Origin: a virus
Taxonomy: Duplodnaviria; Caudoviricetes
Length of the DNA stretch: 64,000 bases
Direction: 5' to 3' (one strand)
IMG/VR virus record: IMGVR_UViG_3300037249_001000
Span: 1 to 64,000 of that record
Part shown: one piece after another, positions 29,237-38,900 of the stretch
How positions within the stretch are numbered: the stretch's first letter is position 1
Layout of the letters: every line of letters begins with the position of its first letter
The notes under the pieces: model-generated
The model's database searches: none
What the model saw: the letters and a program-made list of their open reading frames with translations, nothing else
What the model was told of the DNA's origin: nothing
Made by a program: the position numbers and the translations under genes

Positions 29237-30508
29237 GTGATTTTTATAGAAAAATCTTTAGAAAATAAAGATGAAATAATATTAAAACAAAGTTTAGAAA
29301 ATGATAATAACATAGATACTGATATTTTAACAGAAGCCACTATTTCTACCATAATTTTAAATAATTTATATCCTAGAGTAGAAATAGTATTAAATGATAT
29401 TCAATCAAATAGAAGATTTCAACAAATGGTTGGAAATTATATTGATAGAAATAATGAAAAGTTAAGAACTCCAGGACCGCAGTATTTGATTCCATTTACA
29501 GATAATGATAAGCTAGGATTCTTCCAATTGTTTAATATTGAAGAAAAAGAAATCGTTAGTTTGGTAGTTGAAATCACATCTAAATTAAATGGTTCAGATT
29601 TTAAATACTTGAGACAGAATCCCGTATTTTGGTTATTCTGGTCTTGTATACGATACTTTACAGTAAAAAAAGATTCTAAAGGATTAAATGCATCATTAGC
29701 AATATATGCTCTTGCAGTTTACCCGTCAATATTTCATAAGTATTTTAAATTTGAAGTAAGTAGACCTGGTGTAATGGAATATACAATAGATAACTTGACA
29801 AATAAATTTATTATAAAACAACAGGGACATATTTTTGGTGCACTAACATATTCCATTCAGCAATCATATAAGTTCTTGCAACCAGGTATTATAAAAGGTT
29901 CTGATGATGAAGTCATCAGATTTATTCAACGTATTCGTAATGACCAAAACTCAATGATTAAAAAAATATGTGAGCAATATCATAAAAACTTAGAAAAAGG
30001 TTTAACTGTTATAAATGCATTAGATACTGGCGATTCAGGTGAGATTATTGATTCATATGTAAATGATACATCTCAAGTACAAAGTACAGTAAATGCAATT
30101 GTTATGCCATTAATAACTAATGGTCTTAATCTTAAATATGTTGAAATTGCTGCAAAGATGGCTCAAATATCTATTTCTGATACAAGGCTATTTTTAAGTA
30201 AGATAGTTGTTAATGAGCAAAATGAAAACATTACTAAATTTATAGAATCTATCTTATTCGTATGGTTGTACGACGAAAAGCATACAAGACAAGAAATAAA
30301 TACAACTGAATTTTTATTATGGTCGAGTAGATTATTTAGACGTACCAATAGTAATAATGAAAATCTTATTAATATAAAAAATATATTAAATTATTGGGGA
30401 GATATGTCTGGATTACATGATAAGTTTACAAGAGAAGCTTCTAGAATAAATTATAAGAAAGCAGTATTCTATTATTTCATTTTGAATATTCAATATTATA
30501 ATCATTAA
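29237..30508 (+). CDS. Putative virion protein with N-terminal propeptide
   Basis: Late promoter; SLE, SLE and LTE|A within the first 35 aa; helical body. Confidence 0.5.
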   Translation: MIFIEKSLENKDEIILKQSLENDNNIDTDILTEATISTIILNNLYPRVEIVLNDIQSNRRFQQMVGNYIDRNNEKLRTPGPQYLIPFTDNDKLGFFQLFNIEEKEIVSLVVEITSKLNGSDFKYLRQNPVFWLFWSCIRYFTVKKDSKGLNASLAIYALAVYPSIFHKYFKFEVSRPGVMEYTIDNLTNKFIIKQQGHIFGALTYSIQQSYKFLQPGIIKGSDDEVIRFIQRIRNDQNSMIKKICEQYHKNLEKGLTVINALDTGDSGEIIDSYVNDTSQVQSTVNAIVMPLITNGLNLKYVEIAAKMAQISISDTRLFLSKIVVNEQNENITKFIESILFVWLYDEKHTRQEINTTEFLLWSSRLFRRTNSNNENLINIKNILNYWGDMSGLHDKFTREASRINYKKAVFYYFILNIQYYNH

Positions 30509-30509
30509 A

Positions 30510-30544
30510 AAATGAGTGAAGATATTAAATATCTTCACTCATTT
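30510..30544. terminator. Bidirectional terminator
   Basis: aaatgagtgaagatatt/aatatcttcactcattt. Confidence 0.8.
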
Positions 30545-30620
30545 ATTTTAAACCTTTGTATCTTGACGTAATAAGTTGTACTACATTCCAACTTATTATA
30601 ATGTTATGATATATAAAATA

Positions 30621-30878
30621 TTACTTATCATTACCATAATCTTTTTTAATAATAAGATAAATACGTCTACCATTCGTAATATCAAGATAATCTTTATGAA
30701 GAGTATAAACTTCATCATTTATAACAACATGAGTTGTAGATTTATCATATGTATTAATTTCTGAAAGATTGTCTGTTTCAATTAAATTTTCTGGATGTTG
30801 TTTTATATATCCATAACCTGCTACAATAGGGTTCTTTTCAACTTCTTCACGTGAAACTGGAAATGCATATAATGTCAT
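30621..30878 (-). CDS. Hypothetical protein (85 aa; start moved to MTLYAF)
   Basis: RBS ggagga upstream of 30878. Confidence 0.7.
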   Translation of the reverse strand: MTLYAFPVSREEVEKNPIVAGYGYIKQHPENLIETDNLSEINTYDKSTTHVVINDEVYTLHKDYLDITNGRRIYLIIKKDYGNDK

Positions 30879-30979
30879 ATTTATTCCTCCTTTATAGTTA
30901 ATTATATTATTGTCAAAAACAAAAAAAATAAAACTATAAGGAACCACCAGAGTTCCCCATAGTTTATTTTTTTTGAGAA

Positions 30980-31285
30980 TTACTTATTGTAATTCTCAAC
31001 CTGCTGACGGTTAATGTCAGCAACCTGATTGGGCTTCTTAAAGAAGCCCAATTTCTTTACGATTACTGCCGTCGAAACTGCAGCACTTGTTGCTGCAGCA
31101 GCAGTTACACCGGTTAACAGCTTTTTTGGCACACTTTCTGCACCGGGATTCAAAATACCGTAGCAGAACCCTGCACCAAATCCAATTGCCGCAGATGCAC
31201 CGAGATATGTGGCACCTGCAATTGAAGTTGTTGTAATAACCTCTGTTGCTGCCTTAAGCATTTCATTATTCTTTTTATTCTCCAT
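30980..31285 (-). CDS. Small early hydrophobic (Ala/Gly-rich) membrane protein
   Basis: Two hydrophobic segments; own extended early promoter and own terminator (30922-30974). Confidence 0.75.
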   Translation of the reverse strand: MENKKNNEMLKAATEVITTTSIAGATYLGASAAIGFGAGFCYGILNPGAESVPKKLLTGVTAAAATSAAVSTAVIVKKLGFFKKPNQVADINRQQVENYNK

Positions 31286-31335
31286 ACGTCCTCCTATTGA
31301 TTGCTTTTTAATAGATTAAGCATAACTATTATTAT

Positions 31336-31375
31336 ACACAAAAATAATATATCAATATTTAATTTAAAAATACGG
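31336..31375 (-). promoter_or_regulatory. Extended 40-bp early promoter element (CCGTATTTT...TTGATATATTATTTTTGTGT)
   Basis: Near-identical to 37939-37978 and 38817-38856. Confidence 0.8.
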
Positions 31376-31376
31376 T

Positions 31377-32057
31377 TTATATATAACCAAATCCACCATC
31401 GGCATTTTTTCTGTATACTTTATTATCGATTATATTCATATTTTTTATCCTCTTATCATTATATTCTAATTTAGTAACACCGGAGATATTCGATTGTTTT
31501 ATACAACGTACATCATTTATTTCAGAACAACCATGTATAAAACAATCAACAATTTTTGTATCTCCACTTATATAAGAACTACCATATATTTTACTATTTC
31601 CTTGAATAATAACACCACCAGTATCAATAATTACATTACCATATATTTCAGTTTTATCAGATATCATAGCATCAGCAATTTTAGCGTTTCCATATATTCT
31701 GACTTTATGGCGAATTGCTGTAAATCCTGTTAAACATGATGAACCATATATTTTGGCATTTTCTGTTACTAATGAGGATTTAAATAATTTTGCATGCCCA
31801 TATACTTTTGCTTTACCATAAACCATTGAATGATCATATATTTGAGCATCTTCATATACTTTTGCTTTTTCATATACTTTCGCATCATCGTGTATCCAAC
31901 AATTTCCGTTATGACTTAAATTTCTTTCGCTTTCAACAAAACCACCTATTTCACCTTTCTTTATATCACCAAAATTTCTTATAGCAATTATACGGTAAAG
32001 AGTTTTACCGTTCATATTATATGTATTGGTTTTTAATATTTCATATTTCTTTTTCAT
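31377..32057 (-). CDS. Left-handed beta-helix (hexapeptide repeat) phage protein
   Basis: GDIKKGEIGGFVESERNLSHNGNCWI followed by AKVYE/AKVYG/AKIYG hexapeptides. Confidence 0.85.
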   Translation of the reverse strand: MKKKYEILKTNTYNMNGKTLYRIIAIRNFGDIKKGEIGGFVESERNLSHNGNCWIHDDAKVYEKAKVYEDAQIYDHSMVYGKAKVYGHAKLFKSSLVTENAKIYGSSCLTGFTAIRHKVRIYGNAKIADAMISDKTEIYGNVIIDTGGVIIQGNSKIYGSSYISGDTKIVDCFIHGCSEINDVRCIKQSNISGVTKLEYNDKRIKNMNIIDNKVYRKNADGGFGYI

Positions 32058-32142
32058 ATTCTATATTCCTTTCATATTTATAATAAGAAATAAGTATAGA
32101 TTATTAAAATCTATACTTATTTCATTTTTTATATTTAGTTAT

Positions 32143-32982
32143 TTACTTATTCGATGAATACGTTTTAGAAAAGATGATAAAGAGGTCATCATCAGAAATA
32201 GAGAATACCAATGAATTAATGTTCTCAATTACACGACCTCTTTCAGGAATTGTACTCCAATACTCAGAAGCACTGTGAGCACCATCTGCTAGGAATCCAA
32301 GTGCAAAAGGATTAATAACAAGATTCTTACAGCCAAGCTTAATAGTTGCTTCAATTGAATCATCAACAACCTTATGAATATATTCATATTCATTCATCTC
32401 ATCAATTCCCGGTTTAGCATTAAACTTATTAGGAACTGCCACAATGACAAGATTGATTCTAAACGGTTTAGTTCTTATCTTCTTACCATTCATGAAAACA
32501 TAAATATCCGGAAGATACAAAACATTACTAAACTCAGTTTTATCGTCATCGTTTAAATCAATCCATCTTTCTTTAATTTTGTCATAAACTGCTTCAAATG
32601 TTGAAATATCTTTCAACCACTTGATGAAAGGATGCTCTTCAATCTTTCCTGACTTCTTTTTAGGAATTGGAATAAGAACTGTTTGTACATTGTTTTCATC
32701 AATTTCAGATAAAAGTGTAATCGTCTTTTGAACAGTTGATTTATTAATGTTAGTTTCAATACGATAATCTTTTTCGTCAGAATCAATTACAATTTCTTCA
32801 TTAGATGGTAGTCCTTCCAATCTACTAGCTTTAAGATTCTTTATTGACGAATTGATATAATATGCAACTCGTGTAGAAAGATCAATAATATCATCTTTTT
32901 TTAGTTTCGTATTAATATCATAGTCAAAGATTCTAAAAGATGCCATTTTTAAGATTTTTGATAATGTTACTTTCTTACTCAT
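32143..32982 (-). CDS. Degenerate microbial PARG/TIGR02452-like macrodomain protein
   Basis: NVLYLPDIYVF...KPFRINLVIVAVPN...LGCKNLVINPFALGF resembles the family C-terminal motifs; the GGG..QEE catalytic motif is not intact. Confidence 0.5.
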   Translation of the reverse strand: MSKKVTLSKILKMASFRIFDYDINTKLKKDDIIDLSTRVAYYINSSIKNLKASRLEGLPSNEEIVIDSDEKDYRIETNINKSTVQKTITLLSEIDENNVQTVLIPIPKKKSGKIEEHPFIKWLKDISTFEAVYDKIKERWIDLNDDDKTEFSNVLYLPDIYVFMNGKKIRTKPFRINLVIVAVPNKFNAKPGIDEMNEYEYIHKVVDDSIEATIKLGCKNLVINPFALGFLADGAHSASEYWSTIPERGRVIENINSLVFSISDDDLFIIFSKTYSSNK

Positions 32983-33007
32983 TTTTTCTGTCTCCTTTAT
33001 TTAAAAA

Positions 33008-33457
33008 TTATTTATAAATCATAAAGACGGGTACAGTTATATCAAAAATAGTATCCCATGCCCGTCTTACTGTTAATGGAACGTAGAAACGGAAATTATA
33101 TTTAATATCCATATTATCAGATTTTTGTGTATTTGTTATAACTTTAATACATACTTTTTTATTTTTAATATGCGACATAAGCAATCTATCATGTTTTATA
33201 TTATTAAATAAAATTTTTGATAACTCAAATATAAGTTTATCATTAGTATTATAATAATTATTATACACAAAAAACATTGTAGACAGTTCGTAATGATTTT
33301 TATATTTATAAAAACCTAAGTTAAACTGTTTGGATAAATCATCAAGTGATGTATTATAATTGTACTTATCAAAAATGATTGTAATAATCATATCATAATC
33401 ATTAAATATTTTATCATCACTTGAAACTTCATGTTTAATGATATTATCAATAATCAT
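33008..33457 (-). CDS. Hypothetical protein
   Basis: 149-aa ORF; late promoter AACA-N6-TA on - at 33508-33519. Confidence 0.7.
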   Translation of the reverse strand: MIIDNIIKHEVSSDDKIFNDYDMIITIIFDKYNYNTSLDDLSKQFNLGFYKYKNHYELSTMFFVYNNYYNTNDKLIFELSKILFNNIKHDRLLMSHIKNKKVCIKVITNTQKSDNMDIKYNFRFYVPLTVRRAWDTIFDITVPVFMIYK

Positions 33458-33526
33458 GTTTAATTACTTCCTTTCAGTTGAATACAAGATATAATATTAA
33501 TATTTTGTATTCAACTGTTGAAAGGA

Positions 33527-33799
33527 TTAATCTGAATCAAACGTAATATCATATCCATTGTCTAAAAGATTATTTAATTCATCTATATTGAATACACTTA
33601 TATCACCCTTTCTTAATTTCTTTATAAGTTTTTCTGCAGTTTGAATATGTTCATTATATTCGTCTTCACTCATATTATTAAAGATAATATAAGTTTTAAT
33701 ATAATTAATATATTCTTCGAGAGAATCAGCAATTTTACACATCCTTTTTCTAAAATCACCATCATAATGAATTTTAGAATAATCATATTTTTTACTCAT
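33527..33799 (-). CDS. Hypothetical early protein
   Basis: 90 aa with RBS; TATATTAT motif at 33835-33842. Confidence 0.7.
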   Translation of the reverse strand: MSKKYDYSKIHYDGDFRKRMCKIADSLEEYINYIKTYIIFNNMSEDEYNEHIQTAEKLIKKLRKGDISVFNIDELNNLLDNGYDITFDSD

Positions 33800-33865
33800 A
33801 AAAATCTTCCTTTCATACTTTTTTATGCAAAAAAATAATATATAAATATTTGTGTCTTTTAAAAT

Positions 33866-33877
33866 AACAAATTAATA
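33866..33877 (+). promoter_or_regulatory. Late promoter AACA-N6-TA
   Basis: AACA AATTAA TA upstream of the endolysin. Confidence 0.75.
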
Positions 33878-33918
33878 AAAGCATATATTAATTTTTATTT
33901 TAAGAAAGGAGAATAATT

Positions 33919-35679
33919 ATGGCAACTAAAGTTATAGACGTATCCGTTCATCAGGGTACAATTAATTGGGATTTAGTTAAAAGTCAGATAGATGGTGCTA
34001 TTTTGAGATGTGGTTATGGAGATAACTATACATCACAGGATGATGCACAATTTGCTAGAAACTTATCTGAATGTGAAAGACTTGGAATCCCTAGAGGTGT
34101 ATATCTTTATTCTTATGCTACATCTGATGCTCATGCACAATCGGAGTTAGAGCATATCCTTAGATTGATTAAAGGTCATACATTCCAACTTCCTATCTAT
34201 CTCGATTGTGAAGAAGCTGGAACAGAAAGTTATGCAGCTAGAGCTTGTAACATTATTTGTGAAGGTATTAAAGCTGCTGGATATACACCAGGTGTTTATT
34301 CCAGTACTAGTTGGTGGAATACATATCTTACATCTGTAACAAAATATAGACGATGGATTGCTCATTGGGCTTCCGCATGTGGATATACTGGTACATATGA
34401 TATTTGGCAATATGGAACTTCATATATCAATGGAATCAATGGACCTGTTGATTCGAACTATTGTTATATAGATTTTAAAGATATGATTAAATCATCAGGT
34501 TCTACTGCAACATCAAATACATCTACAAAGACCAATAGTACAACAACAAAGGAAACATCTACATCTACACTGAAGATTGTACAGAATTATCTAGTTAATA
34601 ATCCATGTTATCAAATTGGTGCTAAAATTGCTGTACAAGGTCTTATGCTTCATAGTGTAGGTTGTGCTCAACCTAGTGGTCCTACATGGTGTAGAATCTA
34701 TGCTACAAATCCTAATGCATGTGTTCATGCATTTATTGATGCCAATGATGGTATTGTATATCAAACATTACCATGGAATCATAGAGGTTGGCATGGTGGC
34801 GGAAGTTCCAATGATACGCATATTGGTGTTGAGATGTGTGAGTCCTCATATATTACATATACAACAGGTGCATCATTTACAGTTAATGATAAAACAAAAG
34901 CTGTTGTAGATGCTAGAAGAGCGTATAATTCTGCTGTTGAATTATTTGCATCTCTCTGTAAGCAATATAATCTTAATCCTCTTGCTTCTGGTGTAATCGT
35001 GAGTCATTCAGAAGGTTATAGACGAGGTATTGCTTCTAATCATGCTGACCCTGAACACTATTGGACTCAACTTGGTTTGAGTTACACAATGGATGGATTC
35101 AGAAAAGATGTACAATCTAAACTTAATGGTGGTAGTGTTTCGACACCTACAACTACAACTGAATCCACTAAAACGACTACTTCTGCACAAAATACTTCTT
35201 TCCCAAAAACACCATTTACTGTAAAAGTTATTATTTCTGACCTTAATATGAGAAAATCCGCATCTATGAATGGTGCTGTTATGGGTCAGACTGGTAAAGG
35301 AACATTTACAATTACACAAGTATCTGGTGAATGGGGTAAATTAAAATCTAATGGTTACTGGATTTATCTTGGTTCATCTGAATATTGTACCATTGGTAAA
35401 ACTGTAACAACAAGTACAACAAAAACTACTACAACTACTACATCGAAAACGAAGGAAACAACTAATAAGACCACTACCTCTAAAACAACTTCGAAACCAT
35501 ATAAAGTTAAAGTAACTGCTGATGTTCTTAACATTAGAAAAGGTGCTGGTACGAATTATGCTGTAGTAGGTACTATTAAAGATAAAGGTATCTATACTAT
35601 TGTGGAAATAAAAGGAACATGGGGTAAGTTAAAATCTGGTGCTGGATGGATTAGTTTGAACTATACTAAAAAAGTTTAA
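33919..35679 (+). CDS. Endolysin: GH25 muramidase + Amidase_2 + two SH3b-like cell-wall-binding domains
   Basis: IDVSVHQG..YLDCE..WQY..VDSN (GH25); MLHS..HAF..WHGG..GVE..SHSE..HADP (amidase); LN(M/I)RK..WGKLKS twice; Thr-rich linkers. Confidence 0.92.
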   Translation: MATKVIDVSVHQGTINWDLVKSQIDGAILRCGYGDNYTSQDDAQFARNLSECERLGIPRGVYLYSYATSDAHAQSELEHILRLIKGHTFQLPIYLDCEEAGTESYAARACNIICEGIKAAGYTPGVYSSTSWWNTYLTSVTKYRRWIAHWASACGYTGTYDIWQYGTSYINGINGPVDSNYCYIDFKDMIKSSGSTATSNTSTKTNSTTTKETSTSTLKIVQNYLVNNPCYQIGAKIAVQGLMLHSVGCAQPSGPTWCRIYATNPNACVHAFIDANDGIVYQTLPWNHRGWHGGGSSNDTHIGVEMCESSYITYTTGASFTVNDKTKAVVDARRAYNSAVELFASLCKQYNLNPLASGVIVSHSEGYRRGIASNHADPEHYWTQLGLSYTMDGFRKDVQSKLNGGSVSTPTTTTESTKTTTSAQNTSFPKTPFTVKVIISDLNMRKSASMNGAVMGQTGKGTFTITQVSGEWGKLKSNGYWIYLGSSEYCTIGKTVTTSTTKTTTTTTSKTKETTNKTTTSKTTSKPYKVKVTADVLNIRKGAGTNYAVVGTIKDKGIYTIVEIKGTWGKLKSGAGWISLNYTKKV

Positions 35680-35694
35680 AAAAAATAAAAAAAT

Positions 35695-35728
35695 AAAGAT
35701 GAGTTGAATAATTCAACTCATCTTTTAT
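35695..35728. terminator. Bidirectional terminator
   Basis: aaagatgagttgaat/attcaactcatcttt. Confidence 0.8.
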
Positions 35729-35752
35729 CACCTTCTTTCTTTTAATAAATTA

Positions 35753-36190
35753 TCAGATTCTACTTGAAAGCCTATGAATAGAACTTTCAAGATTACTAAT
35801 ATAATTATAACCGTAACGGTCATTAATCTCACTAATACTTTTTGCTGTTACACCATAACGGAGAACAACATTCTTCACCTTCATGTATCTGATTTCAATA
35901 TCATTAAGATCAGATACGATTCCATTGTAATATCCCCAAGGATACTTACTGTAGGAGATACTTCTAACATCCTCCTTGATGTTAAGGAAATCAACTTCGA
36001 GCTGGTTAAGTGTCTCTCTTGCATATTCCTCACGGCGGTTTTCATTCTCAGCTTCTGCTACCGCACCAAGGAAGCACAATCCAGCGATTGCAATAACACC
36101 AAGACCTTCACCGATACCCTTGCCTACGTTTTTAACCGTCTCAAGCTTGCCATTGTTCTTCCTGTTGTTGTTAAATACACTATTCTTCAT
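35753..36190 (-). CDS. Early protein with N-terminal hydrophobic segment
   Basis: GIGEGLGVIAIAGLCFLGAVA; RBS gaaagga before MKNSVF; GC higher than surroundings. Confidence 0.75.
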   Translation of the reverse strand: MKNSVFNNNRKNNGKLETVKNVGKGIGEGLGVIAIAGLCFLGAVAEAENENRREEYARETLNQLEVDFLNIKEDVRSISYSKYPWGYYNGIVSDLNDIEIRYMKVKNVVLRYGVTAKSISEINDRYGYNYISNLESSIHRLSSRI

Positions 36191-36274
36191 AAAACGTCCT
36201 TTCCCCACTGTTACTGTCTTGGGATGACACGCTTTGATTAAAACTCGGGATAAAGCATAACTCCCTTTAATATT

Positions 36275-36314
36275 ACACTAAAATAATATATATATGAATA
36301 ATACTAAAATACGG
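36275..36314 (-). promoter_or_regulatory. Extended early promoter element (diverged copy)
   Basis: acactaaaataatatatat...aaaatacgg, same spacing as the other copies. Confidence 0.7.
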
Positions 36315-36318
36315 ATAA

Positions 36319-36330
36319 AACATAGATTTA
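36319..36330 (+). promoter_or_regulatory. Late promoter AACA-N6-TA
   Basis: AACA TAGATT TA. Confidence 0.75.
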
Positions 36331-36363
36331 ATACTATTCTAATAGAGAGGACGGTGTTAAAAA

Positions 36364-37572
36364 ATGGGAATGTTTATAAATGAGCAACGAATGATAGAAG
36401 ATAATCTATTTAAATATGAAGAACGATTAAAATCACCAGTATCTCGTTTTATTGAACAAACACCAACATTTGTTACATATTATCATTTGAATAATGATAA
36501 TACAACTGTAGATGATGGTTTTAAAGATATTAGTTCATTAATTGGTTTTAGGTCTCCTTTGAGGTTTAATAAAATAGAATCTTTCCCATTATATGGAATA
36601 GAACAGATTGTGCTTAGTCTTCAAGAAATGGATCAAGGACTTGATACATCGTATGAGTCGGAAGCTATTATAGTACCAGGTTCAATTAAACCATTACCAA
36701 ATGATTTTTTCATTATTCCGTTTTTAAAAGATCCATATCTTTTTAGAGTTACAGAAATTAATTATGATACAATAATGCCTGATAACTATTATAAGATTGG
36801 ATTTAAACTTGAATATCTTGAAGATGAAAAAGTTGAAAATATAGAAAACCAAGTAAAAGAAAAATATACTTGTATTCTTCAAAATATTGGAACAGAAAAT
36901 AATTGTATTATTGAATTAGAATCAAAAGATGTGTTGGATAAAATAGATGCAATGTATGATGATATGGCATCTACATATAAAGCATTATTTTATAATGATA
37001 GACATAATTGTTTCTTAGGTGAAATTGGTCCCGGAATGTATTTGTATGATCCGTTTCAAACACAATTTATTAATGAACACCATATATTTAATAAAAAGAA
37101 TGATTTAAGTTGTTTGATGTTAACAGATCAATTTACTGATTCTAAAAGAAGAATTAAGTATGAAAAATCTATATATAGATTTGTTGAAAGACGAAATCCA
37201 AATTTAGTTAATAATTTTGCATATGATACTTATTTAGGTATGGATAATCATGAAACAACTTTTCATAGGTGGATGGAAAAAAATATTTATATATTAGATA
37301 TTCCATCAGAATTATCAGATAATGCAACAAACATATTTTCAAATGAATTTGTTTTAGCTATAAAGAGTAATGGATTTGTTAATAGTAAATATGCAGAATT
37401 TATAAAAAAATATTGTCGTGGAAAAGAAGAAATGACTATTCATGATATTCCATTAGATTTAAATGATGAATTATTATATTTAGATGGAAATATGGAAGTA
37501 TTCTTTTTTACTCCAATCATTATGTATATGATACAAGATATCGTAAATTCTTTTTTAAAAATAAAAAAATAA
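36364..37572 (+). CDS. Putative virion structural protein
   Basis: Late promoter; FVTYY..SPLRFNKI..FPLYG..IKPLPNDFF recalled as a conserved jumbo-phage structural protein pattern. Confidence 0.45.
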   Translation: MGMFINEQRMIEDNLFKYEERLKSPVSRFIEQTPTFVTYYHLNNDNTTVDDGFKDISSLIGFRSPLRFNKIESFPLYGIEQIVLSLQEMDQGLDTSYESEAIIVPGSIKPLPNDFFIIPFLKDPYLFRVTEINYDTIMPDNYYKIGFKLEYLEDEKVENIENQVKEKYTCILQNIGTENNCIIELESKDVLDKIDAMYDDMASTYKALFYNDRHNCFLGEIGPGMYLYDPFQTQFINEHHIFNKKNDLSCLMLTDQFTDSKRRIKYEKSIYRFVERRNPNLVNNFAYDTYLGMDNHETTFHRWMEKNIYILDIPSELSDNATNIFSNEFVLAIKSNGFVNSKYAEFIKKYCRGKEEMTIHDIPLDLNDELLYLDGNMEVFFFTPIIMYMIQDIVNSFLKIKK

Positions 37573-37635
37573 AGGAATATGAGAAAGCTTATGTAAAACC
37601 GCTTTGAAGATTCTATCTCATATTCCTTTTATTTT

Positions 37636-37884
37636 TTATACAGCATAAACTTCATAGAAAATGCTAGATGCATTTTCCATGTTTATACTGTACTTTTTCC
37701 TCATTGAATTGAGGAAGAGCTCTTCTGCCTTTGTAAAGCAGAGAGAATGATTAATGAGAGAAGTAAAATACTTTCTCTCCCCGTCAGTCATTGCATTCAT
37801 CAAATGATTGCGAATAATATACAATCTGATGATATTGCATCTTGTGTGATTAACGGATTTTTTGATTGTAGAAGTAGCTTTCAT
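37636..37884 (-). CDS. Small early protein
   Basis: 82 aa, RBS aaaggag, own extended promoter. Confidence 0.75.
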   Translation of the reverse strand: MKATSTIKKSVNHTRCNIIRLYIIRNHLMNAMTDGERKYFTSLINHSLCFTKAEELFLNSMRKKYSINMENASSIFYEVYAV

Positions 37885-37938
37885 AGCGTACTCCTTTCTC
37901 TGTTTTTAAGTCTTTAACCAGCTGACTTATTTTATTAT

Positions 37939-37978
37939 ACACAAAAATAATATATCAATATATATATTAAAAATACGG
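37939..37978 (-). promoter_or_regulatory. Extended 40-bp early promoter element
   Basis: acacaaaaataatatatcaatatatatattaaaaatacgg, identical to 38817-38856. Confidence 0.85.
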
Positions 37979-38039
37979 GTAAAAAAAAGTATGACGACTA
38001 TAATTAGTTGTCATACATAACTATTTAGAGAATCAAACA

Positions 38040-38396
38040 TTATTCAATCATAATGTTTGATTCTCTAAATTCTTTTTCTTCTTTCAAAAATTTAACCATC
38101 TCTTTATAATACTTATTCAATATGTTCACCATAAAGTCATAATCTGATTCATTATCAATATATGACTTAGTTTTTGATATTAAATCAAAATCATGAACGT
38201 CTTCCATAAGTATGATATACTTATGTTGTGACGTATTCACATCATCTATCATTTCCTGTATGCGGGCTGAGTCAAGTGGTGAAATACTAAACTTGGTCGT
38301 AGAAGATTTGATCTTCTTGAATACAACAAACGATAAACCCATGACCGATGCTGCTGCTGAAGCAATTGCTAAATTCTTTTTTAACATAATGAACAT
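38040..38396 (-). CDS. Small early protein with N-terminal membrane anchor
   Basis: KKNLAIASAAASVMGLSFVVFKK. Confidence 0.7.
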   Translation of the reverse strand: MFIMLKKNLAIASAAASVMGLSFVVFKKIKSSTTKFSISPLDSARIQEMIDDVNTSQHKYIILMEDVHDFDLISKTKSYIDNESDYDFMVNILNKYYKEMVKFLKEEKEFRESNIMIE

Positions 38397-38496
38397 CCTT
38401 TCTTTTTTAACAATAGATAAAATAATTCAATAATATGTAATATACTCATACGCTTACATAAAAATTATATATAACTATTTTATTAATTAAAAAATG

Positions 38497-38527
38497 AATA
38501 GAAGCTGAGAAGAATAAAATCTCATCA
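38497..38527 (-). repeat. Duplicate of the 3' end of gene 38901..40655
   Basis: 29/31 nt identical to 38904-38934. Confidence 0.85.
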
Positions 38528-38582
38528 AAATAAAAAAAAATAAATAAGCCGTGAGAGTTTTAGTTTCTCTCACGGCTATTTA

Positions 38583-38777
38583 TTAAGCCTCTTCATTATT
38601 ATTTTTCTCGATTTTTTTTTCTCTTACGGCAATTAATATATCTACCGTAAGAATTGTTGCAATACCAGCAACACCCGTAATAATCAAAGCCTTTGAGCTT
38701 CCCTTAATACCTCTTACAACTAATGATGCGGATAATGCTGTAGTAGCTGCATCTCTTACTAATTCGCTTTTCGTCAT
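38583..38777 (-). CDS. Small early membrane peptide (64 aa; start moved to MTKSEL)
   Basis: RBS aaaggtgg; hydrophobic ALIITGVAGIATILTVDILIAV; own terminator at 38547-38577. Confidence 0.75.
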   Translation of the reverse strand: MTKSELVRDAATTALSASLVVRGIKGSSKALIITGVAGIATILTVDILIAVREKKIEKNNNEEA

Positions 38778-38816
38778 ATATAATACCACCTTTCTTTTAT
38801 TAATATATATATTATG

Positions 38817-38856
38817 ACACAAAAATAATATATCAATATATATATTAAAAATACGG
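38817..38856 (-). promoter_or_regulatory. Extended 40-bp early promoter element
   Basis: Identical to 37939-37978. Confidence 0.85.
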
Positions 38857-38900
38857 ATAAAAAAATGAATAGGTTAGATATTCTAACCTATTCATGTAAA

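Noticed and set aside
25347-30600. TTGAC hexamers as host sigmaA promoters (25347, 30563)
   Set aside because: No TATAAT-like -10 element at 16-18 nt spacing
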